Shown: positions 12,271-25,059, counted from the first letter of the stretch. The stretch is DNA of 64,000 bases from Octopus sinensis (GCF_006345805.1 NC_042998.1:81220001-81284000), one strand, 5' to 3'. The notes: generated by a model from the sequence alone, not told the origin. Program-made: numbers and translations.

Positions 12271-13377
12271 TTATTGTATGGAAAGTGTTCTGCGTAGGAT
12301 GTGTGCAGTGCCTAGTAGTGCAATTTTCTGTATGTTATATGTGTTTGTAAGTCCTGGTGTTTTTGTTATGTATTTGTCTGAATATTTTTTTATCATGCCT
12401 AATGCACCTACTATGATAGGAATTGTTTCTGTTTTCAGGTTCCACATTCTAGTTACCTCTATTTTCAGGTCTTTGTATTTTGAGAGTTTCTCCATTTCTT
12501 TTAGAGACACGTTGTCATCTGCCGGTATTGATACATCAATTAGAAAGCATTTTTTTTCTTCATGATCTCTGACAACTATATCTGGTCTGTTGGCCTTAAT
12601 TTCTCTATCTGTGTGTATCGGCATATCCCAGAGTATGGTTGCTTTCTCGTTTTCTGTGACCTTTTCTGGTGTGTGCCTATACCATCTTTTTTCTGTTGTT
12701 ATTCCATAATGTTGGCATAGCTTCCAATGTATGTAGGTTCCAACTCTGTCATGTCTGTGAATATATTCCTTCTTAGCCAGGACTGGGCAGCTAGAGATAA
12801 TATGATTTATTGTTTCTTGTCCATCTCCACATATTCTGCAGTTACTTGTAATATTTCTTTTCATTACATGTTTTTGGTAATTTCTGGTGGGGAGGCTTTG
12901 GTCTTGTGCTGCAATTAAAAATCCTTCTGTCTCTGCTTTGAGTCCTGAGCTTCTCAACCATTGCTGGGATTTTTCTTTGTCTATTTCTTTTGCGTTTAGT
13001 TTAGTGCAGTATTTACCATGAAGGGGCTTTTCTTGCCATCGTTTTATCATGGCTCGTTGCTGTTCTATTTTTAGTTTGGATTTCATTTGTTTTATAGCTT
13101 TTGTTGTTTCTTCATCATCTTCTTCTTCTTCTTCTTTGTGTTTATTAGGTGGTATGATTTCTTGTTTGTATTTGTCAGCTTCCTTAAATACTGAGAACAG
13201 TTTTTTGTTTTGCTCGTGTTTTGCTGCTATCTGGATCAGTTTTCCTTCCTTCTGAAGTAGGTATTTTTGCAGTCCTATGGTGGTTATTTTATAGTAGTTT
13301 TCCAGCTGTATAAGGCCTCTACCACCTTCTATACGTTGTATATATAGTCTTTCTATGTCAGATTTTGGGTGATGCAT
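12271..13377 (-). CDS. C-terminal CCHC and restriction-like endonuclease of the same LINE
   Basis: LYIQRIEGGRGL, CRICGDGQETINHIISSC, RPDIVV...LIDVSIPAD...EKLSKYKDL. Joined to the RT frame by one frameshift at 13524-13527. Confidence 0.93.
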   Translation of the reverse strand: MHHPKSDIERLYIQRIEGGRGLIQLENYYKITTIGLQKYLLQKEGKLIQIAAKHEQNKKLFSVFKEADKYKQEIIPPNKHKEEEEEDDEETTKAIKQMKSKLKIEQQRAMIKRWQEKPLHGKYCTKLNAKEIDKEKSQQWLRSSGLKAETEGFLIAAQDQSLPTRNYQKHVMKRNITSNCRICGDGQETINHIISSCPVLAKKEYIHRHDRVGTYIHWKLCQHYGITTEKRWYRHTPEKVTENEKATILWDMPIHTDREIKANRPDIVVRDHEEKKCFLIDVSIPADDNVSLKEMEKLSKYKDLKIEVTRMWNLKTETIPIIVGALGMIKKYSDKYITKTPGLTNTYNIQKIALLGTAHILRRTLSIQ

Positions 13378-13496
13378 CCTAGATCCTGTCAGTATTTTTC
13401 TTGTTTTCCTATCTATTTTGGACAGTTCATTTCGTGTCCAGTTAAGGATATTGTAGCTGTAACTTATAACTGGGACAGCTAAAGTGTTGATACCTA

Positions 13497-14831
13497 TTAT
13501 CTTGTTTTTAGCATTGAGCTCTGTTTTAGTATTGATCTAACTCGTCTATAATATTCTTTTTTTATTTTCTCTTTCATTTGTGTGTGTTGTGTCTTATCTA
13601 GTTCATGGATTCCTAAGTATTTGTAAGTTTGGCTTTGGTCTAATTCTTTTATTTCATTGGTTTTATCTAGTGTGATGTTGTTACTCTTAACTAGTTTTCC
13701 TCTTTTCATGGTTACTTTGGCGCATTTTTCTAATCCAAATTTCATATCTATTTCTTTGGTAAATCCATGAACTGTCTTTAATAGTGTTTCCAGCTGTTTG
13801 TCATTTGCAGCGTATAGTTTTAGGTCATCCATATATAAAAGGTGGCTGATCGTTTTGCCGTAACATTTATATCCGCATCCAGTTCTATTTAGCATATCAG
13901 ATAGAGGTGACAGTGCCAAGCAGAAAAGGAGTGGAGAGAGCGTTCCTCCCTGGAATATTCCTCTTCTAATGGGGATGTCTTTGGTTTTCATGAGTCCCTC
14001 TTTTGTTTGGAGGTGTAGGACTGTTTGCCATTTATTCATAGAGTGCTCTATGAATTTTATGATTGTTGGTGCTACTTTGTTAATGGCTAGTGTTTCGAGG
14101 ATCCATGTGTGGGGGATGCTATCAAACGCCTTTTTGTAGTCAATCCAGGCCATACTGAGGCCTTTCTTCTTTCTGTGGCTGTCTTCAGTTACGGCTTTAT
14201 TAATCATTAGTTGATCTTTACAGCCATATGAGCCCTTGCGGCATCCTTTCTGCTCTTCTGGGAACAGTTTGTTTTCGTCCAGGTGCTTGTTCAGCCTTTG
14301 CGATATCACTGCAGTAAATGCCTTGAACATAGTAGGGAGGCAGGTTATTGGTCTGTAGTTTTCTGGTTTTGTTGTTTCATTTGATTTGGGAATTAAGATG
14401 GTTTTCCCCTTCGTGAGCCATTCAGGCATTGTCTCTGGCTCTGCTAGTATGCTGTTAAAGTTTTCAGCCAGCTTTTTGTGCATTCCTGTTAGATATTTCA
14501 ACCAGAAGTTGGGGATCTTGTCATGCCCAGGTGCCTTCCAGTTGCTTAGTTTTTGCAGTGCCTGGGTGACCTCTTCAGTTGTTATGGGGGTCCAAAGTTG
14601 TTCAGATGCCGAGTTTGTTATTTTCATACTCCTTTTTTTTGGCTGTTCGTTCGCCGACCATATTTCTTTCCAGAATTCTTCCAACTCTTCTGCCGTTGGT
14701 GCTGCAGTGATTTCTATTTTATTTTTGCCCAGTTCTTGGTAGAACTTTTTGGGTGTCGGAGTTGAACTTTTTGTTCTGTTCAAAGAAGCGTTGGCGTTTC
14801 TCGTACCGGCGGATCCTTTGAGCTTTGGCAA
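13497..14831 (-). CDS. Reverse transcriptase domain of R4/Dong LINE
   Basis: WKAPGHDKIPNFWLK, YRPITCL, EQKGCRKGSYGCKDQL, WIDYKKAFDS, RRGIFQGGTLSPLLF, HLLYMDDLKLY, YKYLG. The first ~27 aa are out of frame. Confidence 0.93.
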   Translation of the reverse strand: MPKLKGSAGTRNANASLNRTKSSTPTPKKFYQELGKNKIEITAAPTAEELEEFWKEIWSANEQPKKRSMKITNSASEQLWTPITTEEVTQALQKLSNWKAPGHDKIPNFWLKYLTGMHKKLAENFNSILAEPETMPEWLTKGKTILIPKSNETTKPENYRPITCLPTMFKAFTAVISQRLNKHLDENKLFPEEQKGCRKGSYGCKDQLMINKAVTEDSHRKKKGLSMAWIDYKKAFDSIPHTWILETLAINKVAPTIIKFIEHSMNKWQTVLHLQTKEGLMKTKDIPIRRGIFQGGTLSPLLFCLALSPLSDMLNRTGCGYKCYGKTISHLLYMDDLKLYAANDKQLETLLKTVHGFTKEIDMKFGLEKCAKVTMKRGKLVKSNNITLDKTNEIKELDQSQTYKYLGIHELDKTQHTQMKEKIKKEYYRRVRSILKQSSMLKTR

Positions 14832-14869
14832 GGATATCTTGCTTCAGCTTTTCTTTTTTCTCCGGCAAA

Positions 14870-14918
14870 TCTTCTTCTTCTTCTTCTTCTTCTTCTTCTT
14901 CTTCTTCTTCTTCTTCTT

Positions 14919-14949
<31 letters not shown>

Positions 14950-15014
14950 TTATTATTATATTATTATTATTATTATTATTATTGTTATTATTATTATTAT
15001 TATTTTTATTATTA
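14870..15014. repeat. (TTC)n followed by (TTA)n
   Basis: Directly visible. Confidence 0.95.
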
Positions 15015-16950
15015 TCATACTTTCCTTAAGATGTGCGCTGTACCCAATAAGGCTGCTTTTTGCAAGACATCAATCTTGCATGGGATTTCCAGTTGCCTTA
15101 AGAAGTTTTGAAGTTTCAATTGGGTTAAACCCAGTGTTCCGAACACCACTGCTATCACTTTTACATTACCTTCTCGCATTCCATACAGTCTTGCCATTTC
15201 CATTTTTCAACCTCTTTACTCACAACATTCATGTCATTTGGTATGGCTACATCAATAATCTGACATTATTTGTTTCTCTTATTCAATATGACAATATCCG
15301 TCCGACGGCGTTCAATTACACGATCCGTCTGAAAATCATAATCTCAGAGTATCGTTACTTTTCCATGCTACTGCATAACTTTACTTGGTACATGCTCATA
15401 GCAGTTCTCTGTTACTTCATATTGGTATCTACGGCATAAGCACCACTGAAAATGCACACACATTATATCGTGGGGGCGCATGTATTCTTTTTGAGCAAGG
15501 CTCTCACATCCACTTACCAAGTGGGCCATATTTTCCACACTCTTTCCACATAGTCTGCTTTTCTGGGTGTCAGAAGTTTTATAGATATTATACTTCACTG
15601 AATTGATAGCGAGAATCTAGTCTTGTGCAGCAATGATCAGGTTTCGGTGGTACGCTTCAAATTACCTCGCTCATGCCATTCCCATGATGCTGTATTATCC
15701 TTAACGTCCTGTGTATTCCTTATCTCAAGGTCTTCTTTTCTCTTCTCCTCAGCTCTTTGGATAAACTCTGCCTTACCCATCAAGTCATCTGTATTTTCAC
15801 CCATATCTTTGGCGGCATAATGCAGCAGGTCTTTTTCACTATTTATCAAATACTCTGGTTTTCTACTCTTTCATGCAATGCATCAGAAAATTTATGTATT
15901 TATGTCAACAACACCAAACATCTGCAGGCATTCAATGATCCAAGAATGTGGCATCATATCATATGCCTTCTTAAAATCAATCCAAGCCCTAGACATGTCT
16001 GTATGACGCTTGTTTACAATGCCTCAAAACTTTTTTATCGATGACCAGATGTCTTTTGGTACCCTGAGAACTCTTCCTACATCCATTTTGTTCCCTTGGT
16101 AGTATTACTTTCTGTGCCAACAAAGTCTATGTCTTTGCCGCACATATTCCAGTGAGTATCTTCCAGATTATGTTTAGTCATGCTATGGGACGGTCGTTTC
16201 CCACAGTATTCCCTTTTCATCATTGCAAGTGTTGTCCCCCCAGTCACCATTCACGCTGGGACTGTAGCTTTCTGACACATTCATTCAATTGGGCTGCTAG
16301 TCTTTCATGCACTGCGTGGCATCTCTTCAGCCAGAAGCCATGAATTCCTTCTAGTCCAGGGGCTTTCCAGTTAGGCATTTTACCCACTTGTTCTTTCACA
16401 TCAACCGTGCTTATGACAATATTCCTTTGTTTCTTTCCTCCTTGTAATTTTATCTTGATAGTTCCTATCCACATTGCATCCCTTTCATGCACCACATTGT
16501 TTCCCCATAATTCGCTTCATAACTCCTTGGCTTAGGAGCAGCATTTATCCCCACTGTCTCCTTCTAACGTTCGGAAGAATTTCTTCGGGTTACTTTTGAA
16601 AACTCTGTCCACCGCGAACTGCTTATTTTTGTTCACAAATCTGATTTTCTGGCTTTTTGCCATGATTCTCTGTTTTAATTGCTCTATTGCAGCACCAAAC
16701 TCGTTTTTTCGTATTTCCCTAATTTGTCTCGGTCGGTATTTTTCCCATTTTCCCAGTTTCCTCTTAATCATTGCTCAATTTTTGCTAGATCTTGTCTAGC
16801 CTGCATTATGTCCCTTTCAATGCGTCGTTTCCCCCATGGTTCTTTTGCTCCACCACTTTTTGTTCTCTTAAGTTGTAATTTCTCCTCAACAAGTAGTGCA
16901 ATAACCCGGAGAAGATTCCTTGTTTGTTATATCCTCCGTCTGGCTGTATG
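15015..16950 (-). mobile_element. Decayed R4/Dong LINE (D) with internal deletions
   Basis: LEQLKQRI-like AAIEQLKQRIMAK, NPKKFFRTL, WKAPGLEGIHGFWLK, CRLCG..E..AHLVSGC, LQKAALLGTAHILRKV-stop abutting the triplet repeat. Confidence 0.9.
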
Positions 16951-17036
16951 GTATTACAATATTTATCATTTGTATTACATATGTATATATATATGTGTGT
17001 GTATGTACATAGATATATATTATTATTATTATTATT

Positions 17037-17589
17037 GAGTGAGAGAGCAGTGCATGCCATCAAAGTGACACTGGGGTAAAATATACGAAGCCCAATATAC
17101 CCATCATAACTACCCGTCTGATAAGTGTACACCAGGCACATGCATCACAAACATATGTGCGCGACATGGTGATCTCATATCAAGATAAACAGCACATGAC
17201 CTTGCAGGTGGGGCCCAGTTAGAATTTTCTTCAGGTTGAGTAGCCCATCCCGCTCAAAAGGTCCCTGAATAAGGGTTGTTTAAGGATATTGAAAGAACCA
17301 GCCATGTTTCCAGAGGTGAATTATTCAAACCCCAAAGAATCCTTCTCAACACATGGCTATGATGCTCCCCCACTACTTCTGCTCGTGATCAGAGATGCAC
17401 ATATCGTCAGCCACTAAGGGACATGCTCAACTGGTTATGGTCAAACAACTGACAGGCAAATCTGTGGTATTGAGCAGAATATTTGCTGTAGCCCATCTTT
17501 TATACCAAGTCAAAACAATGTACATGATAACATTTCCAATCAGTTAAGATCAGAAGCCATGAGAACCACTGCCTGGTACTGCATCAGGG

Positions 17590-17590
<1 letters not shown>
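17037..17590. mobile_element. Non-coding ~550-bp TAA-associated repeat (copy 2, uninterrupted)
   Basis: GAGTGAGAGAGCAGTGCATGCC...GGTACTGCATCAGGGC bounded by (TTA)n on both sides. Homologous to 11338-12145. Confidence 0.88.
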
Positions 17591-17678
<88 letters not shown>

Positions 17679-17699
17679 TATTATTATTATTATCATCAT

Positions 17700-18718
17700 T
17701 ATATGAAAACTCAAAGTTTATTTTCGTGGGTATGATGAAAAGTGCCACTGTCCCCAGCCAGCAGACTAAGGTGATACTTCTTTACTGGTCATGTTTCAAG
17801 AATCCTTCGAAGAATTCTTGCAGTTCCAAGCAATGCTGATTTTTGTAGGTGTTCTTCACATTTGCACCAATCTTTTTTAGCCAAGTTGGTAGTTGAGTGC
17901 TGATACTTCCACATGCACCAATTATTATTGGTATCACGTCCACTCCCTTCATTGACCACAACCTTCGTAGTTCCCACTTTAAGTCGTCATAGTTGTCTAC
18001 CTTTTCTTCTTTCACATTGATCCTGTCGTCACCGGGGTATGCTATAAAGATTATCATACATGTTCTCGCTTTTTTTATTCACTGCAACAATGTCCCGTTC
18101 CCTATGTCTGGTCTGGTGATCGTACTGGATCATTGCATCCCACAAGATTTTGCAATTCATATTCTCAGTGACTCCTTTTGTAGTTTTCTCATACCACGTC
18201 TTGGCTCTTTGTAGGCCGTGATTTCCACAAATCTTCCAATGGATCATTCTTGGCACATTGTCATGGCGCCTTTTCTATTTGCCTAGTGCCAATTTCGGTC
18301 ATTCACTAACGATGTGCCATACCGTTTCACTCCTCTTACCACACATTCTCCATTTGTTGCTATCGGTAGTGTTGTCTATTCTGCACTTCATATAGTTGGT
18401 CATATGAGTGCTTCTGTCTCTATCTTCAGGTCACTCCTCATCATCCATAGCCACCGGTCCTCTCTATTTGTCTTCGCGTTCACAACTTTTGCAAACTGAC
18501 CGTACATTTTTCCCTTCATCCTTTCACTTTTTTTGTTCATTTCATGTTTAAATTTTTCTCTCGCTGCACAATTTTCAGTTTTGATGACGCCGGCCTTCTT
18601 CGTGTCTTCCAACTGTGGCTCTATGGCATTTTTATATACCCACTTAAGCAATTTTCCTCTGGGAACTGATCAAACCTCTCCCATTGTTTCTTCTGGACAA
18701 GTACAGCCTATCGGTGTC
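17700..18718 (-). mobile_element. R4/Dong LINE 3' fragment (F)
   Basis: WLWMMRSDLKIETEALI, ILWDAMIQ, KYDDLKWEL, VIPIIIGACG, LQKSALLGTARILRR. Flanked by TAA repeats. Confidence 0.9.
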
Positions 18719-18722
18719 ACTC

Positions 18723-18805
<83 letters not shown>

Positions 18806-18820
18806 TATTATTATTATTAT

Positions 18821-19090
18821 AAGCAGATGAAATAAAACATAAAAAATAAAACAAATTATCCGTAGAAAGTATACAAAGAGAGTAATAAGATTATTGCAGT
18901 CAAAGCTGAATTGGAAAAAAACGTTATTGCAGGAATAATTGCAAGAGCATATGGAATTGGAATTGTTTACTAGATCAAAAACAAATTAGAAAAATTTGGC
19001 AGAAATCTAGAAATCGGTTGACGAATTATGGAGTCTCCGAAAGCTGACATCAACCAGCTGTACTGGCCAGAACAATCGCGAAATTATTTG
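18821..19090 (+). mobile_element. R4/Dong LINE internal fragment (G), decayed
   Basis: KYTKRVIRLLQSKLN and a decayed PKADINQLY.P motif, post-RT region. Confidence 0.65.
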
Positions 19091-19234
19091 ATAGCTGAAA
19101 AGAACGCATAGCATGGGACCGTAGGCTGCAGGTAGCAAGCCCGCTACTCCAATAGTTTCAACAAAACCTATGATAAAGGGGAACAATAACAATAATAATA
19201 ATGATGATGATGATGATGATGATGATAATAATAA

Positions 19235-19930
19235 ATCCGTGTGGCTCAAGAGTAAACATTAAGAGCTAATTTCGTCAAGAGCTAATTACGTCAAACACAG
19301 GACAGACATTGCAGAATTTGTGGAGAGGCTGGGAAAACTATATAGCTTATTAACAATGTACAGCACTAGCCGACAAAGAATATAAGAGGCGACATGAAAG
19401 CATAGCATGGATAGTCCATTGAGCACTTAGCAACATATATGGACTTGTGAGAGAAGAAAAGTAGTATACATATAAATGATCGAAAATGATAATGCAAAGA
19501 TCCTGTGGGACCTTATGATTCAGTGTGTCGATGAGACACAGAATAGGATGCAAGATATTGTGATAATTGAGAAAGAAATCAAACAGTGCTGGATAATGGA
19601 TATAGCATGCCCAGCTGACAACAAGGTATGCATTTAAGAAGCAAAAAATCGATAGTTATGACAGGTTAGTTACAGAGGCTAAATTGTTATGGTTGCTAAA
19701 AAAGGTGATAGTAATACCAATAACTTTCGGAGCCTTAGGAACAGTAAATAATGATCTTTTGAAGTATATAAAACAAATACAGGCGGAGCGCTTACAGAAA
19801 ACAACACTGCTTGGGACAGTTTGAGTACTTCGGAGGGTACATAGAAAATATAGTGTGATACCTCAGTTCGTTGGTATTGACCAGCTGACACCGCAGTATA
19901 TTTCCAGTGTTAGAAGGTAAGCAAAGAAAA
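19235..19930 (+). mobile_element. R4/Dong LINE 3' fragment (H)
   Basis: CRICGE, YKRRHESIAWIVH, KILWDLMIQC, DIVIIEKE.KQCWIMDIACPAD, IPITFGALG. Confidence 0.85.
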
Positions 19931-19949
19931 TAATAGTTTCATGCTTTTC

Positions 19950-20120
19950 ACAAGGGCAGCAAATGCGGAGTAGGGGTTACCCGATTTCATGATACCTATT
20001 TTTATCAACCCCGAAATGAGAAAAAGCAAAACGACCTCAGCGGAATTTGAAGTCAGAATATAAAGACAGGCAAAATGCCCCTTGGCATTTTGTCCGGAGT
20101 GGAAAAGATTCTCAACGCCT
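19950..20120 (-). mobile_element. Degenerate family-1 SINE
   Basis: ATCAACCCCGAAATGAGAAAAAGCAAAACGACCTCAGCGGAATTTGAAGTCAGAA matches the family-1 body. Confidence 0.7.
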
Positions 20121-20122
20121 TA

Positions 20123-20164
20123 TTGATGATGATGATGATGATGATGATGATAATAATGATAATA

Positions 20165-20196
<32 letters not shown>

Positions 20197-20209
20197 AATA
20201 ATGATAATA

Positions 20210-20292
<83 letters not shown>

Positions 20293-20298
20293 GATAAT
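20123..20298. repeat. (GAT)n/(AAT)n compound triplet repeat
   Basis: Directly visible. Confidence 0.95.
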
Positions 20299-22212
20299 AA
20301 AGAGCTGCGGAGGAACAGTGGGTAATCAAAATATCAAACAGAACACGAAAGTATTCTATTATTATGCAAATAAGCATAGAACCGCTGTATCACCCATTGG
20401 GCCATTGATCGATGATAACGGCATTCCCCAACACGATGCTAAAGAAATGGCAGAAATACTGCAGAAACAATACTGCTCTGTCTTTAGTGAGCCCACTGAT
20501 ATTGACGTAAGAGAAGCGAACGAAGTTGATTCCCAACATAAAATCTCGGACATAACCTTCACTGCCTCTGACATCATAGTAGCAATAAGTGAGGTCAAAT
20601 ACTATTCTGCTGTAGGCCCTGATAAATTCCCCGCTAGTCTCCTGAAGGAATATAGACACAAACTTGCAGTCCCTCTGACCAACCTCTGGAGAAATTCTTT
20701 AGACTCAGGTTATATACCGAAACAGCTCCTACAACAGTCTGTCACCCCGGTTTTCAAACAGGGAAACAAGATCTCTCGCATTCAAATTTCGTCCAGTCTC
20801 ACTCACCTCCCACATCATTAATGTGTTTGAAAGAGTGGTAAGATCAAGGATAGCTGACTTCCTGGAGACCCACAATCTCCTAAATGCAAATCAGCATGGC
20901 TTTCGCTGTGGAAGGTACTGTCTAACACAGCTCTTACACAACATCGAATATATACTTAAAGCCTTGGGAACAGGTTCAAACTCTGATGTCATATAACTTG
21001 ACTTCAGTAAAGCGTTCGACGGGGTTGACCATAATATCCTACTCTCAAAATTGGCAAATGTTGGAATCTGGAAAACTTCTACACTGGATTAAGTATTTCC
21101 TGATGACTAGAACGCAACATGTTGTGGTCGATGGAGTCCACTCAAGCCCAGCAAAAGTCCCCAGTGGTGTCCCTCAAGGGAATGTCTTGGGCCCGCTCCT
21201 CTTTATAATTTACATAAATGACCTTTCCAGCATTGTAAATCACTGCAAAGAGAAAATATTTGCTGATGACACTATGCTCCAGCAAATCATCAATGAAGAA
21301 GACCGAACTCAACTGTGAGTCAATGGGCAGACTAAAGCAAAATGCAACTGAACGAGGGAAAATTTGATCTGATGTATTTTGGAAGTCTATACTAAAACAA
21401 CCATATTTTCTTCCTTCAGGTGAACCGCTCACGGCATCTAACAATATCAGAGACCTGGGTGTAATTGTACATAACAATCTCAGTTGGAGTGCCCACATCA
21501 ACAATAAGGTCGATATAGCTCATAGGATGAGCTCCTGGATTTTAAGAACCTTTTGGTCCAGAGAAAAGGTGAAATCATTCCACTTTTCTCCCCCTTTGTA
21601 CGGCCACTGCTGCCTCTTATGGTCTCCCCATACAAAACAAAACATCTCGAGTATTGAATCACCCCAGAGCACACTCACTAAACGAAATGAAGGCATGACT
21701 GATATCGATTATTGGGACCGCCTTAAAGCCGTGAAACTCTATTCTCTCCAGCGCCACCGCAAGCGATACATCATTTGTACGCTGTGGAGAATATACCGCC
21801 AGCATTGCCCAACCGACCTGAACATTAGTTTCAAGGTTCATCCAAGGGTGGGACGACAGGCTATACGTCCCCTGCCCAATTCAGGATCACAACATATAGG
21901 TACACTGCGACATAATTTATTTTCCTCAACATGCCCTGCCCTGTTTAACATTGTCTCGAAACAGTTCAAAGAGGAAAAGGAACCCATCACCTTTAAACGG
22001 AGTCTGGACAGATTCCTTCAAGGAATACCGGATAAGCCACCCATACCTGGATACAACTCACTCAACAAGAACTCACTATTTAAATGGACCATAAACAAAA
22101 CTTGACTTAAACAGGATTTAGATAATCCTATCAGGCGGTGCTATTAAGTTAGACATGACCTGGACCAATCTTTGTCGAAACATTTCTAAGTTTTATCTAA
22201 GTTCTAAGTTTA
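20299..22212 (+). mobile_element. 5'-truncated CR1-group LINE (RT pseudogene)
   Basis: KVFYYYAN, MAEILQKQYCSVFS, GPDKFP, QHGFR, DVI.LDFSKAFD.VDH, SGVPQGNVLGPLLFIIYIND, FADD. Tandem CTAAGTT-like 3' tail at ~22185-22212. Several frameshifts. Confidence 0.92.
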
Positions 22213-22216
22213 TATA

Positions 22217-22302
<86 letters not shown>

Positions 22303-22639
22303 TATATATATTTATTTTTTCTATCAGTAATTAAAAATAGAAGAAGGTGATTTGTTTCTTTCTAAGGCCAAAGTCAGCGCTCTCATTGATCGCTAGTAGT
22401 AGTAAACACATTTGACTTCTGCTGACCGCAAGGGTGTGACGCTTCTTTTGTTTCCTGATCATACAAGAAATCGAAGTCCCATTGTTGATCTTCTCACCAT
22501 CTGTCGAATCCTCCGCACAAGCCTGTGGAATTTGGTCTATTCACTAAGCTGCTTCTCTTTCTCCTGCTATTCCCTCCAAACCTCACATATTTATGATTAT
22601 CTCAAGTACAAGACAATTTATAATACCACACAATAAGAA

Positions 22640-24580
22640 CAAAGATGGCAGACTTAACTAAACAGCGGTTATACTGTCGCCATGGCTGCAAAGGTTGAAC
22701 ACAGTGATACAGAACAATGCACTACTGGTGGTAACTAACGACGACCAATGCTATAGTGGCAAAGTTAAAATAACATTAATGACTGAGCTGACAATAGTGG
22801 CAGATGCAATAACCGTCTCTACAATACAGGGCTTAATACTAACAATTTGAATCTTGCAAAACTATGTCTTACGAAACGAAAAGGAAAACTACAACAGTAC
22901 ACCAAATCGCTTGTCCTGTGGTTAATTTGGAAGAACGTCTCCCAAGTGAGAGAGAGAGAGAGCCAACCTCGGGTCAAAAAGTTATCCACTGGCACAAACT
23001 CTTCTTTGAATACGTACTTGGATGGTCACTTGAAAAGAAACTGCCCCAACTCGAACCATCCAAGTTCACCATCACACCCACCACAGAGAGAAAATGTATG
23101 AGGATCAAATGGACATGAGAAGAGTATACAGAAGTATTATACGCCTATTACGATGCATTATGCAGGCCATCTGAAGAGAAACACACTGCACACTCTTATC
23201 AAATATGAAGAACACGATATCAAGACAGCAGACAATATTTGGACGAAAACGAGTTAGCAAATATTAAGAGGAAATAAAAGACTCACAGATAGTGAAATAA
23301 CCGCTATCAAGCACGCAGCGGAAAAGGAACTAGACGACGAGAGCAACTTTCTACGAGTCTCAATTGAAAGTCACGGAAACACGCAAACATCTGAATAAAT
23401 AAATTGTAATGAACCTGATAAAGATAGCGAGGTAAGTGGTAAAGAAACAATATTTGAAAACTGCACATTTACTGAAGAGCATAGAGAGTCTATGGTAGAA
23501 ATGAAGCAGAAACTCCTGAATAAGCTTGCAGCTGTAAGTTACGCCAATCTGCATGATAGAGAACCACTTAATAAACGCTCAAATACAATCCAAAATAGAA
23601 AACAAATTAAAATTGGAAACTAACAAAAGAAATCAGACAAGAACCAGTTCCCACTGAGTTAAACGAAATTATTTACGCAGCTGCAAAGACAACTGAAATC
23701 AGTTGTATATTTCTGAATAAACAAAGAAACACAAACTTGAGAAGGACTCCAAATTGGAAAACTAACATTGAAAAAGAGACTGGAATAATGAGAGGTGAAA
23801 CGTCATTATTGAATGAACTGATCTGTGGAAACAATGTAAAATCCTCAAAAAAAAAAAAAAAAAAAGAGAAGAAGAAAGCATAAATTCTCACCAAGAGAAG
23901 AATTGCTTACAACAAAAGAAACACTGCAACAAAATGTTTAAGCGAAAGTTAAAAGAATAAGATTTGAAAAGAGAAAAATGTTTTGCAATCAAAATAAGCT
24001 GTTCAAATCCAATGCGAAAACATTCTACAGGGAATTAGGGAAGGAGAAAATAACCGTTTAAGATCTCATTCCCCTGGAAGAAGTTGAAAACCTTTGGGAA
24101 AATATCTGGAGTGATGAAAAGATATACAGTGAAAATGCTGACTGGTTTAGACGCAGAAAAGGATCCTACAAAATCTTACTGGAACAAGCATGGGAAGACA
24201 TCCAATAACAGACCTAAGGATGACACTTACGAAGACTCATAAGTGGAAATCCGCTGGTAATGGCAGGATGCCAAATCTCTGGCTCGCATCGCTCCCGTGC
24301 GCACACGAAAAGTTCGTTCTGTTATTCAATGAAATTATGAGAGATCCTACGAAAACACGATTGGTTAGCAAGAGATATTACTTACCCACTACCGAAGACT
24401 AAGGAAACCAAATTTCCCCAAAACTATCTTCCCATAACATACCTATCTATCACGTATAAAATTTGAAGATCCATCCTCGTGGAGAAAGCACAAATTTATG
24501 GATTAGAACGATATTTTTCCCACTGAACAAAAAGGGTACCGATGAGGCTCATATGAATGCAGAGACCAACTCTTAAAAAC
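22640..24580 (+). mobile_element. R4/Dong LINE 5' half, decayed
   Basis: RIKWT.EEYTEVLYAYY N-terminal motif, KTFYRELG, KWKSAGNGRMPNLWL, PKNYLPIT, EQKG...GSYECRDQL. Truncated inside the RT. Confidence 0.85.
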
Positions 24581-24659
24581 TAGGTGGTTCCTAAGCGAGC
24601 CTCATTAACATACAGCCATTTGAAAAAATTCTCACAATAAACCTTTGTTATTGTATCTG

Positions 24660-24900
24660 CGTGATGTCCTTGAGCAAGGTACTTTATCTCACGTTGCTAT
24701 AGTGCATTGAGCTGGAAAAATGATTTGTACCTGGATTTCAAAGGGCCAGCTCATATTCTGTCACGCTGAATCTCTTTGAGAAATATATAAAGGATGCGCG
24801 TGTTTGTGAAGTGCTCAGGCACCTACACGTTAATTTAGAGAGCAAGCTGATTTGTTGATTGATCAACTGGAACTCTCGACGCCGTAACCGATGGACTGCC
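24660..24900 (+). mobile_element. Headless family-3 SINE
   Basis: TGTCCTTGAGCAAGGTACTTTATCTCACGTTGC and ACGTTAATTT..GAGCAAGCTG match 41706-42022. Confidence 0.75.
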
Positions 24901-24901
24901 A

Positions 24902-24978
<77 letters not shown>

Positions 24979-25000
24979 CGTATATATATATATATATGCA

Positions 25001-25054
<54 letters not shown>

Positions 25055-25059
25055 TAGTT

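Larger units (their letters stand above)
12172..14875 (-). mobile_element. Young 5'-truncated R4/Dong RLE LINE (C)
   Basis: RT, CCHC and RLE coding region nearly continuous. Short 3'UTR runs into (TAA)n; 5' junction runs into (GAA)n. Confidence 0.95.

Noticed and set aside
17395-17415. CTGACGA in the 550-bp repeat (minus strand)
   Set aside because: No stem II plus GAAA follows.
20075-20821. 248-aa ORF with poly-Met/Ile N-terminus
   Set aside because: Triplet microsatellite read into the CR1 RT fragment; not a gene.
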